Part shown: positions 54,043 through 62,603 of the stretch, piece by piece
Layout: each line of letters opens with the position of its first letter
Position numbering within the stretch: the stretch's first letter is position 1
Assembly (NCBI GenBank): GCA_964414035.1
Contig: CAYPUK010000127.1
Coordinates: 1-62,603 of the forward strand
From: an uncultured Thermoplasmatales archaeon
Lineage (GTDB): Archaea > Thermoplasmatota > E2 > DHVEG-1
DNA: 62,603 bases
Reading direction: 5' to 3'
The notes under the pieces: model-generated
Databases searched by the model: none
What the model was told of the DNA's origin: nothing
Seen by the model: the letters and a program-made list of their open reading frames with translations, nothing else
Translations under genes and position numbers: made by a program

Positions 54043-55554
54043 ATGAAAAAAATAATTGGATTTGTAATATCTTTGTTAATTGTCGTAAGTTTTGCATCCA
54101 TGATGTTAACTGAAGTCAACCATGTTAATGCCAATTCATTAGCCTTGATACAAAACGAACCCTTTTCAGAAATTGAAGTAATAGAAGATAAAACATTACT
54201 GGTAAATGAAATGATCGGAGACACCATGGTTTATTACTGGGAACATGTCATTGAAAATGTAACCATAAAAGAAGATTACATAATATTACATATAGATCCA
54301 CAAACCGAAGAGATAATTAAATATGAAAAAGAATGGACAACAATTGATTTATCTGAAAAAAACTTAATGAATGATATCTTTGAACCAATACATTATTTTT
54401 GGAAACAAAAAATATGTTTTTTAGATGAAAACCGTGTCTCATCATTTTATGATATAGAACATAAACATGATTATCCACTATGTTGTTGGGAAGTAAGACA
54501 TCGTGATGGTTCAACAATACTATACGATCAAAAGGGAGACGTCATTGGGATTGGAATACCTGCGCCTTCAGAGGGTTTTTCAGTATCCGGATGGGTAATG
54601 CAAAGCGATCCAGATAATTATAAAGGCTTTCGAGAAAATGCTGATTTTTGGTTCCAACAATGGACCACTTCAAACATTGGTCTTTCCTTACCCACACCCT
54701 CAACTATATCATCATACATAAGCAAACCAACTATTGATTATTTTTACGTAATGGCTCATGGAAATCAACAGTTCTTCCAAACAGATAGAGAAGGGAGTTA
54801 TTATTATTCAACAAATTTGAATACCGATATGAATAACCGGGATGCTATCACATTTGCATTCATTGGCACCTGTCAAAGCCTGACCACTACAGGTCCTGGA
54901 ACTTTTTCTTATGAATTTCGCAAAGGAAAAATGACTGATACGGTAACCATAGGATTTGATCACATGGAATTATGTCCCGGGTGGCAATATGAATATCCTT
55001 GGCAGAACAGCATGTTTGAAAACATGAGCAAGGGATTTACGATTAAACAATCTTTTGAAAAAGCAACTGCAGCATATCCAACAATTGCATCAGCAGTCGT
55101 CTTTCTTGGGGATGAACAACTAAAGATTCCACAATCTGATTTAGATGGATCTGGTGAAATCAGTTGGACTGATGTTACACCTAAAGAACAAATTTCTGAT
55201 AATTTTATTATAGAAAATAGTGGAGATTCAAATTCTGCTCTTAGTTGGGATATAGTTGAATTTCCTGATTGGGGTACTTGGGAATTCAGTCCTTCCGATG
55301 GCCATGGGTTAACTCCTGAGGATGATCCAATTACTGTAGAAGTATCGATTAATGCACCAGACGAAAAACAAGAATCATTTGATGGACAGATTAAAATAGT
55401 AAATATTTATGACGCCTCTGATCAATGTATAATACCTGTGTCTGTAACAACTCAAAAAAACATAGCAGATAACAAGGTTTTCGTTGATTTCCTTAAAAGG
55501 ATAATTCAAAATCATTCACCGTTCTTTTTCTTTCTAGAAGAACTCTACCAATAA
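54043..55554 (+). CDS. Exported clan-CD-like cysteine peptidase with a C-terminal beta-sandwich domain
   Basis: MKKIIGFVISLLIVV signal peptide preceded by GGAGG. His/Cys context YFYVMAHGNQQF and FAFIGTCQSL. Confidence 0.5.
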   Translation: MKKIIGFVISLLIVVSFASMMLTEVNHVNANSLALIQNEPFSEIEVIEDKTLLVNEMIGDTMVYYWEHVIENVTIKEDYIILHIDPQTEEIIKYEKEWTTIDLSEKNLMNDIFEPIHYFWKQKICFLDENRVSSFYDIEHKHDYPLCCWEVRHRDGSTILYDQKGDVIGIGIPAPSEGFSVSGWVMQSDPDNYKGFRENADFWFQQWTTSNIGLSLPTPSTISSYISKPTIDYFYVMAHGNQQFFQTDREGSYYYSTNLNTDMNNRDAITFAFIGTCQSLTTTGPGTFSYEFRKGKMTDTVTIGFDHMELCPGWQYEYPWQNSMFENMSKGFTIKQSFEKATAAYPTIASAVVFLGDEQLKIPQSDLDGSGEISWTDVTPKEQISDNFIIENSGDSNSALSWDIVEFPDWGTWEFSPSDGHGLTPEDDPITVEVSINAPDEKQESFDGQIKIVNIYDASDQCIIPVSVTTQKNIADNKVFVDFLKRIIQNHSPFFFFLEELYQ

Positions 55555-55572
55555 GAGTTAAACATAACTCTT
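55553..55572. terminator. Hairpin plus T-run after 54043..55554
   Basis: AAGAGTTA (55553-55560), loop AACA, TAACTCTT (55565-55572), followed by CTTTTTTT. Confidence 0.5.
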
Positions 55573-55676
55573 CTTTTTTTATATAACGTCTAGATTTTAT
55601 TATTTTGATAGTAATGACCTTTTGCCAAACATGTTTTTTATATTAAAAGAGATAAAATAAAAATTAGGATATTGAA

Positions 55677-55744
55677 AAGATGGAAAGCAAAATGGGATGT
55701 ATTATCTAAATCGATTTCTCTCTAAAGGATACCACTTCCATCTT
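55677..55744. other. Stem-loop in the 5' region of the zinc-ribbon gene
   Basis: AAGATGGAA (55677-55685) pairs with TTCCATCTT (55736-55744), directly upstream of GGAGG (55748-55752) and ATG 55767. Confidence 0.4.
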
Positions 55745-55766
55745 TCTTGGAGGCCAAACATAACCA

Positions 55767-55955
55767 ATGGATTGTACAAACTGTAGTAAAGAACTCACTG
55801 AGTACGAAGAGCATGGTTTCTGGAATGTTAAATCATGGTACAAACTTTGTATACGATGTCTATTAGAAAAAACACTTCCTGAAGAAAGAGCTAAATTAAA
55901 AAAGGATATAGAAAAAAGTTTAGAAAAATGGGAGATAAGACATAGAAAATATTAG
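55767..55955 (+). CDS. Small zinc-ribbon protein
   Basis: CTNC...CIRC four-Cys arrangement, basic C-terminus, SD GGAGG upstream. Confidence 0.45.
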   Translation: MDCTNCSKELTEYEEHGFWNVKSWYKLCIRCLLEKTLPEERAKLKKDIEKSLEKWEIRHRKY

Positions 55956-56070
55956 ATTCAATGAGAATCCTTACTCACTCTGAACTGTAAAATTGGAAAA
56001 CAATAATTACTGGAAAATAGTTTTTTTAATAATTGATGGGATTATCTCGTTCATAATTACCGTTAGTTTT

Positions 56071-57624
56071 TCACCATAAAGGTGTTTGAAAGTAATTAAA
56101 ATCAAGTCGATTCCAATCATCAAAATCATTCATACCTCGACTGCCATCTGAATAATCCACCATGAGATACATATATCCATAATTCATCACGCTTTTGTAG
56201 GGTCTCCATTTCCACCAGTTCAGTTGCCAAGGATACATTCCATTTTGATCATCACAACCCGGAGTATTTCCATGAAAGATACCAAGAGTGTGACCGCATT
56301 CATGCATATAGGCGCTGGCATAAACAATCTCTTTTTTAATCCAAGGATAACTTGCTTGTTTATCCATGCCAAGAGCTGAAATCTGATATGAATCAATCAC
56401 GGGTTTTACGCCACCCCAAAATCCAAAACCGGGGTGACGTTCTGCATTATAAAGTACCAATCCATAGTGGAAAACTCCACATCTCCAATTATCTTCTTCT
56501 TGATGTAAGAAATAATTCCAATACATCTCTTTGATTTCATCCATCGTTGCAGAATCATCAAAAGGAATACGTTCGCCACCACCCATACAACCATCGTCAA
56601 GATGATATACAATATTCTGTCTGTTAAAGACAGTGCGAAGTAGTTCTTTTGATTCATTTGGAAACTCAGTTATCTCTCCATTAGGTCCTGTGGCCATTTG
56701 ATCCATTTCAACAAAAAGATCCTTTCTAAACGGATCAGAACCCCATTGGGAAGTTAGGTACTCTTCATAATTAGATAATCCATCGTTATCCGGGTCAAGT
56801 GCTGAATGATTCTCCCAAGTAAATGGATCGTACCAATAATGCTGTTTGTATTCAAATATTTGATAATCCCAGCTGATGGAGTTACCCCATTTATGTTCCC
56901 ATTCTATTGGCACACCATCGTTATCAGAATCCTGGCCGCGATTATCAATGGTGGGGGAGGTTTGATAGATCTCAGTTTCTGTCCAATAAGGAATTCCATC
57001 ACCATCATAATCATTTTGATAAATGTCAAACCACAGTTCACAATCAAAATCATGTTGATAGATACTTCCATCGTCACAGCCGTTTAATCTACCATAACCA
57101 CTTGGGTCAGCATTAAAATAAAATCTTTCAAGAAAATCATCACCGATCCAATGACCATTTTTTAAGTTGTATCTCAAGTTAGTTTCATACTTGTTTTTAT
57201 CTCCGGTATGCATTCCACTGATGTCACATTTTTTATCTCTTCCAATGTTTCTGTCCCAGAGTTGAATTGTTATATTAACCCATTCATTATCATCTGGAAC
57301 ATTTGATGTTACTTTCCAATTGGGATTATAAATATACGCAGAATTTCTCCATATGGGACTTTCAAATTCTTCATCATTGATCATTATTTTAACATAAAAA
57401 TCTGGATCTGAATGTTTATCGATGTATTCCCTAAAATGAAGATGAGTATCATCTTTCTGAAGAGAACGTATTTTTTTAAGTTCGAATGTAACAGTGAGAT
57501 CAACCAGGGGATCAATGTCATTAAATCCCTGAGTCTCATAAGAATGAACCAATGGAATAAATAAAGATGAAAGGAAAAATGTGGAAATTAACAAGACATT
57601 CAATAAAGGTTTTAAAATGCTCAT
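56071..57624 (-). CDS. Exported metzincin-type zinc metalloprotease with Asp-rich Ca-binding repeats, paralog of 40152..41612
   Basis: Signal peptide. GYGRLNGCDDGSIYQHDFD, DYDGDGIP and DSDNDG repeats. Full HExxHxxGxxH motif (HECGHTLGIFH). SVMNY Met-turn-like segment. Confidence 0.7.
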   Translation of the reverse strand: MSILKPLLNVLLISTFFLSSLFIPLVHSYETQGFNDIDPLVDLTVTFELKKIRSLQKDDTHLHFREYIDKHSDPDFYVKIMINDEEFESPIWRNSAYIYNPNWKVTSNVPDDNEWVNITIQLWDRNIGRDKKCDISGMHTGDKNKYETNLRYNLKNGHWIGDDFLERFYFNADPSGYGRLNGCDDGSIYQHDFDCELWFDIYQNDYDGDGIPYWTETEIYQTSPTIDNRGQDSDNDGVPIEWEHKWGNSISWDYQIFEYKQHYWYDPFTWENHSALDPDNDGLSNYEEYLTSQWGSDPFRKDLFVEMDQMATGPNGEITEFPNESKELLRTVFNRQNIVYHLDDGCMGGGERIPFDDSATMDEIKEMYWNYFLHQEEDNWRCGVFHYGLVLYNAERHPGFGFWGGVKPVIDSYQISALGMDKQASYPWIKKEIVYASAYMHECGHTLGIFHGNTPGCDDQNGMYPWQLNWWKWRPYKSVMNYGYMYLMVDYSDGSRGMNDFDDWNRLDFNYFQTPLW

Positions 57625-57866
57625 ATTTGCCCCCGATAGATATTTTATTCTTATATATTAGGTAAGTTCATATAATATATTTTCCCATGATAATTAATTT
57701 GAGTAGAATATCTGGCTAAATTTAGTATCGACGCAAAACATGAAATAGTTAGAATTTCAAGTTGATGAAAGAAAATAAAATTTACGATTATTTTTTAGTT
57801 TTTAATCCGTACTGTAAACTAATCAATTGATTTTAAACATTAAACGTAATTGACAAAAATAAATTG

Positions 57867-58397
57867 TTATTTAACTTTAAAATGGATGAGTTCAATTGCT
57901 ACCTCATTTCTTCTTAAAAATCCAGGGGTGAAAGGGCTATTATATCGTAACAGAATGATGGGTCCTTTAGTAGATAATTGTTCAATTTTCACTCTTCCTT
58001 TTAATTTTTGTGAATATTTGTTTATTCGTGCTTCGTTTGTTTTTCCACTGAATCTAATAATAGCTAAGGTTCTTTTGGGAATGAACTCTATATTCACACG
58101 TGGATTGATTGGAATTGGTGCAATATCTAATGAATAAGTGGAGGGAAGACTAAAAGCCATGTAGTTTCCTTTTGAGATCACTGGTGAGGTCATAGGTATT
58201 TTCTCAGATGAGAAAACTGGAGCGGTCATAGATATTTTTTCTCTTGATTTATTGTTTCCAGAGATATAATTGAAAAGAAGATTGAATGCAGTGGTCCCTT
58301 TTTCACTTGTTGTAGAAGCAACGACCAATGGAGGATATTGACGTATTTCAAAATTATTACTTTTCTTTAAAGTACTATAAGATATGGATTCAACCAT
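57867..58397 (-). CDS. SOUL heme-binding protein family
   Basis: YSTLKKSNNFEIRQYPP, MTAPV/MTSPV repeats and AIIRFSG fit the SOUL/HEBP pattern. Confidence 0.8.
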   Translation of the reverse strand: MVESISYSTLKKSNNFEIRQYPPLVVASTTSEKGTTAFNLLFNYISGNNKSREKISMTAPVFSSEKIPMTSPVISKGNYMAFSLPSTYSLDIAPIPINPRVNIEFIPKRTLAIIRFSGKTNEARINKYSQKLKGRVKIEQLSTKGPIILLRYNSPFTPGFLRRNEVAIELIHFKVK

Positions 58398-58545
58398 AAT
58401 AAAAACTTAGACTTGTTCTCATATATTAAATTTTTAATAGTATTATATTATTCATAAGAATTTTTAAATATAAAATCATCATATATTTTAAATGTAAATT
58501 AAAAAATGAAAAAAATTAATTGATAAAACCTATGGAGATGAATTA

Positions 58546-59094
58546 ATGAAGGTTTTTAGTATATTATTAGTACTGCTTCTTCTTATCAGTGCATTTTCTG
58601 GTTGCATCAATAATGATGCTGGTGAACCAATCAATGTCGTTGAGGAGTTAGACGCAGTTCGATATGCTGGTTTATGGTATAGCGTGTATGAACTGCCTGT
58701 TTTTTATGGACTTTATCCATTCGGTTACTCTTCAGAAAAATGTGTTAATAGTACCGCAACTTACACCGTTGAATCAGAAAATACAATTCACGTTCTCAAC
58801 AAATGCATTCTTAGAGGAAGGGAACAGCAAGTTGAGGGAACTGCTCGATATGCAAATAGTTCAAATAAAAATGGTGCATTAATTGTCAATTTTTTTGGTT
58901 TCGACTCAGACTATAATGTGATCGGTTTGGATGAAGAATACCAATGGGCAGTTATTGGTACTAAGAATCGAGAAAGTCTTTGGTTTTTTTCACGGACGCC
59001 AACTATCGATGAACCACTACTCGAGGAAATGAAAGACATCGCAGAAAAAGAGGGATTTGATACTTCACAATTATATAAAGTAAAAAGAGAATGA
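58546..59094 (+). CDS. blc: Lipocalin-family lipoprotein (Blc-like)
   Basis: Lipobox AFSGC. YAGLWYSVYELP (G-x-W motif) and YQWAVIGTKNRESLWFFSRTP. Confidence 0.85.
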   Translation: MKVFSILLVLLLLISAFSGCINNDAGEPINVVEELDAVRYAGLWYSVYELPVFYGLYPFGYSSEKCVNSTATYTVESENTIHVLNKCILRGREQQVEGTARYANSSNKNGALIVNFFGFDSDYNVIGLDEEYQWAVIGTKNRESLWFFSRTPTIDEPLLEEMKDIAEKEGFDTSQLYKVKRE

Positions 59095-59247
59095 TAACCT
59101 TGTGTTTTGGAGTTCATTGTCAATTTGAAAGTTTATGACAAGAGGGTTATGATCTGCCAATCATTCCAAGACTTGCTAGGAATTTCATTACCATAAAATT
59201 GTGAATTTATTTGATAGAATCATTCTTCCTTTTTGAATGTTAATACG

Positions 59248-59682
59248 TTATATATCGATCCGTGTTACTTCTTGAAAATTTTCTACTAAAATATATTTTT
59301 CAACAGAGATTTCTATCATTCTGCAATCATTTGAATCTGTAAATTCTTTCAAGTAAGGATGTTTTTTAAGAAATTCATATTTAATTTCACTTTCTTTGAT
59401 GACCCTAGTTTCTCCAACCGCAGTCACAGTCATTGCATTTTCAATATCAACTGGATCATTATCACGATTATCAATTAGAATAGACACTCTAGATTGTTTT
59501 GATAGATTTTTAAATTTCCTCGTATTTTTTGAAGTTGGAAAATAGATTTTTTTCAAATCTTTTCTAACTAAAAAAGATACAAGATTAGTATAAGGTTCAG
59601 ATTTTCCTTGAGTTGCAATTACTGCAAATCTTTGTTCTTCGAGCAATTTTTTAATCTTTTGCTTTAAACGATCATTCATCAT
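59248..59682 (-). CDS. Pyridoxamine 5'-phosphate oxidase-like FMN-binding split-barrel protein
   Basis: EQRFAVIATQGKSEPYTNLVSF and the overall 144-aa pattern. Confidence 0.7.
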   Translation of the reverse strand: MMNDRLKQKIKKLLEEQRFAVIATQGKSEPYTNLVSFLVRKDLKKIYFPTSKNTRKFKNLSKQSRVSILIDNRDNDPVDIENAMTVTAVGETRVIKESEIKYEFLKKHPYLKEFTDSNDCRMIEISVEKYILVENFQEVTRIDI

Positions 59683-60098
59683 ATCATCTCAGTTATGATA
59701 GTTATTTTATTAATCGAAACAACCTTTCATCCATTCAATGCATTATATTGATTTCCTAGATTTACTAATTGATTAAAATGTGAAATCTCCTATGGATCTA
59801 ATAATTTAAATTACAAAAATATTTGATTCACTAATGTTGTATACAATTATCCCTTTAAGGAATTTGGGTCCTACATTGTGATAGTCTAGATTTGAACGTC
59901 TAACAATGTTTTTCACCAAGAACATTGATTAATTGATGATTTTTCTGTTGTTGAAAATGGAATTAATGACCCGTCGGGATGTGAGCACGAATTTACTAGT
60001 ATAAATCGCTTTCAGAGAAATATATTAAATAAACAGTCTCCTTTAGATAACCTTATATGGCTGATGAGCCATAATCTTGTAAATAAGGAGGTTTATCT

Positions 60099-61283
60099 AT
60101 GAGTTGTATTGATCTTTTTATTCAGACACTAAAGACTGAGAACAGCAAGAATCAATATAAAACATTGTTACGAAAATTCTTTAGTCTCATTGAGGTAAAT
60201 CCCGATGATTACATCATAAATACTGAAAGAGATTACTACAAAGACATTCAGCGATATATTATCTAACTTGTATCTAATGATTGTAGTAAAGGAACAATAA
60301 GAAACTATCCATATAAACTCATGAAGTTCTTACGATACAATGAGGTAGAAATATCAACAGCACAAGAAATGAAACTCAAGGATATGATACCAGATAAGCC
60401 AGTGAACACTCAAGTCAATGTGTTATCACAGGATGATATAAAATCACTCATGAATCATGCTGATATCAAGATGAAAGCACTGATATCATTCTTAATATCA
60501 AGTGGATGTCGTGTAGGAGAAGTTCTTGAATTATATATTGATGATATTGAATTAGATGAGAGTCCTGTAAGAGTTCATATCTCTGGATCAATCAGTAAGA
60601 CAGGTAATCAGAGAACAACATTCATCAATGAGGAATCTAAACATTTTCTTCTTGATTGGTTGGATATGAGGGATGAATGGATTAAAAGCAGAAACATGAC
60701 CTTCATCAAAAAAGATAATCCAGATATCAAAAAGAAACTCTTTCCTGTGGATTATTCTACAGTAACTAAATCTTGGATATTATTACTCAAAAAGATTGGT
60801 AAGGATAAGAGAAATAGAGATACTAACAGATATGTGTATCCTTTGCACTCATCACGAAAATATTTCTCCACGCATATGAGACAATCAATGGATTGGGAGC
60901 TGGTAGAAATCTTATTAGGACATAGTCAAGGAGTCAAAGGAAGATACTACAATCCATCAATAGATTTGTTGTCAGATGCTTATGCTGATGCATCGCATGA
61001 GGTTAACATCTTTGCATCAGGTGTACCTCGATCTAAGATAGAGCAACTTGAATCTGAGATTAAAAGACGAGATGATGATATCAAGGATTCCAAGAAAGAT
61101 ATTCGATCATTGAGACAGGAACTGGAACAGATGCAATATAGAAAGAAACGATATGATAAACTCATCAATGATATCAGGAAACTTGAAAGGAAATATTTCC
61201 AGACTGCACCCCAATCTGAAGAATCATTTGAACTGGAAGAGAAAATCAGGAATTTAGAACTCCAATTAGAAAAACTGGAATGA
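60099..61283 (+). pseudogene. Tyrosine recombinase/integrase interrupted by one in-frame TAA (60264-60266), with a long C-terminal coiled-coil tail
   Basis: AAGGAGG SD plus ATG 60099 opens an N-terminal SAM-like domain that is in frame with the 60321..61283 ORF. Catalytic context CRVGEV (R), HSSRKYF (HxxR), LLGHS and GRYY. Confidence 0.75.
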
Positions 61284-61528
61284 TGGGTAAAAATCATCTT
61301 TTTTCATACTTTTGTCAACTCTCGGACTTTAGTAAAGTCACTGAATTATGCTGCTATATGGCTCAAAAAATCCATATATGGCATTTTTTTGCCAGTACTG
61401 GACACTTATTTGTTCACCCATACCCATAGGCATCGTTGTTAAAAATTAAGGTTTTTACGTTGCTTTTTATGATGTTTTCGTTGTTAAAATTAGGCAACTT
61501 TTATTAGTTTTATACAAATGGAAACATT

Positions 61529-61548
61529 GGTATTGTCCTAATTTATAC
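61529..61548. repeat. IS1 terminal inverted repeat (left in window)
   Basis: Matches the reverse complement of 62583-62603 over GGTATTGTCCTAA plus a partial tail. Confidence 0.8.
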
Positions 61549-62534
61549 AGCAAAATGAAACATAAAAAATTCATGCCAACTCCACGGATGATCCATGATC
61601 CCTTCAAGCATAGCCGGAGATGATCCTCGTTTAAATTCATTGATAAAATCCCAGTAGAATTGAAACAGATGAATCGCGCATTCAAACCGTCGTTTATATT
61701 TTGAAAAACATTTTGTTTTTCGGACTACTCTTCCGTTTCGTTCTCGGAAGATGCCATTAAAGTTTTCAATTTGTGTTGTTTCTATATCTTCAAGATCAGG
61801 TGTTCCAAAGATAATTCGTTTTTCTTTATCAACGAGTCTTCCGTTTTCTTTGATCTTGATCAGTTGTCCGTAATTCATGCAGGGTTCTGCATATAATTCT
61901 TTTATTATCTCTTTATAATCCCTGTTTCCATCTGTGAAGAGCTCAATTTTGTTATCTGGAAACGGGAGTTGCACTCGTTCATACAGTTTGTTCATCATTT
62001 TCATACAGGTCTCCTGAGTCCATTTTCCAACAGCGAATGCAATGAAAAAATAAGTGTTTCTTTTTATACAGGCGTAGGTCCACTGGTCACCTTCTTCAAT
62101 CCTATTTTTGCTGCTGGGCTTAATGTTCTTTTGTTTTTTTTTACAAAAGACCAGAACTCATCACATTCAATAGGAGTAAGTCCCAGATGATGAATGAGAT
62201 ACTCATTCATTCGTTCAGCATGAACCGCCATATCTTCCAGTAATCTTCCAATAGTATCGCGATGATGCCCGGTGAGTCGTTCAATACTTCGAATCCCGTT
62301 TTTCTCAACAAGATGCTTGCAGATGGTTTCAATTTCTTGTTCTGAAAGATGCTTATGATATAAGGGTGTATTTGCTGTTTCCACAAACCATGTTTGACAA
62401 TGATTGCAGTAGTATTGTTGATGTCCTGCTCGGTTCTTTCCTCGTTTAATAATATCTTTTCCTTCCTCTTTTAAAAAATATGCACATGCCGGATTCTGGC
62501 ATGTGATATCTATTTTACTTCTTGGTCTTGCCAT
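61543..62534 (-). CDS. IS1-family transposase, InsA-like plus InsB-like ORFs joined by a -1 frameshift at an A9 run
   Basis: ORF A: zinc finger CQNPAC..CNHC plus HTH, ending ECDEFWSFVKKN. Slippery T9 on the + strand at 62134-62142. In the -1 frame: GDQWTYACI (D), FTDGNRDY (D), ENFNGIFRERNGRVVRKTKCFSK (E region). Confidence 0.85.
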
Positions 62535-62582
62535 TATACCATCCCTATAATGTGGATGGTATTTATCATATATTAATTATAT

Positions 62583-62603
62583 GGTATAATTTAGGACAAT
62601 ACC
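62583..62603. repeat. IS1 terminal inverted repeat (right in window)
   Basis: Its reverse complement is GGTATTGTCCTAAATTATACC. Confidence 0.8.

Larger units (their letters stand above)
61529..62603 (-). mobile_element. IS1-family insertion sequence (1075 bp) ending at the window edge
   Basis: Terminal inverted repeats GGTATTGTCCTAATTTATAC (61529-61548) and GGTATAATTTAGGACAATACC (62583-62603) bracket the two-ORF transposase. Confidence 0.85.

Noticed and set aside
60054-61363. 9-bp direct repeat TATATGGCT (60054-60062 and 61355-61363) flanking the integrase, read as att or target-site duplication.
   Set aside because: It is an AT-rich 9-mer with a plausible chance occurrence. A third variant lies at 61374-61383, and no other element boundary features are present.
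382-61685. Many track ORFs lie antisense to, or in alternate frames inside, longer ORFs. Examples: 382..825, 1102..1359, 1957..2157, 3641..3880, 5225..5479, 7119..7569, 12755..12979, 13384..13656, 14625..15079, 16016..16312, 18587..19277, 23096..24195, 24620..25009, 25406..25868, 31606..32036, 32311..32676, 33561..34424, 36897..37790, 37775..38483, 39087..39998, 40158..40631, 43252..44561, 45266..45971, 47613..48076, 49814..49996, 51125..51823, 52785..53469, 53970..54517, 56352..57116, 57850..58137, 58664..59123, 60980..61297 and 61467..61685.
   Set aside because: Each overlaps a longer ORF that has clear family motifs. Their products are low-complexity or Ile/Phe/Leu/Ser/His-rich, as expected from reverse frames of AT-rich coding DNA. 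None shows a recognisable motif or a ribosome-binding site.
1-62603. Search for CRISPR arrays, rRNA genes, additional tRNAs, reverse transcriptases/retrons and recognisable defence or toxin-antitoxin modules.
   Set aside because: By eye I saw no regularly spaced direct repeats, no rRNA-like segments, no second tRNA T-arm/acceptor combination, and no RT, Cas, nuclease-NTPase or TA-like gene pairs. The TTCGAAT in island E (29874-29880) lacks flanking T-stem complementarity.

Overview
AT-rich chromosomal segment, roughly one-third G+C by eye (not computed). It is archaeal, judged from a ribosomal protein eL41 micro-gene, Nep1, a PAC2-type proteasome chaperone with a C-terminal HbYX tail, an archaeal-type Ogg, and an intron-containing tRNA-Trp. 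Lineage cannot be fixed from the window. Most genes are housekeeping or metabolic: gcvPA/gcvPB, acyl-CoA synthetase, aminotransferase, a fused disulfide-oxidoreductase/thioredoxin reductase, BirA, CobO, Nudix, HAD, nitroreductase, and a PAS histidine kinase. The window is also rich in exported hydrolases: two paralogous metzincin-like proteases, two clan-CD (gingipain-like) cysteine peptidases, an M14 carboxypeptidase, and a thermonuclease. The right end holds a tyrosine integrase with an in-frame stop and a complete IS1-family element that ends exactly at the window edge. No CRISPR array, rRNA, or recognisable defence or toxin system was found. The best-supported non-obvious signals are these. 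(1) A perfect BirA-box palindrome lies just upstream of the start codon of a sodium:solute symporter-birA operon, suggesting a biotin-regulated Na+-coupled vitamin importer. (2) The tRNA-Trp intron encodes a complete box C/D guide whose two 12-nt spacers point at nt 34 and 39 of its own tRNA. (3) A set of about nine purine-rich stem-loop islands occupies the longest intergenic gaps, and two of them are followed by ACA plus an oligo-T tract. (4) Several micro-ORFs are missing from the ORF track: eL41, a pair of paralogous Cys-rich mini-proteins (one of the pair only; its partner is in the track with an over-long start), and others. (5) Three otherwise intact genes are interrupted by single lesions: an A9 frameshift, an in-frame TAG, and an in-frame TAA. 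I did not find a clearly novel multi-gene system, and the candidates below are hypotheses.
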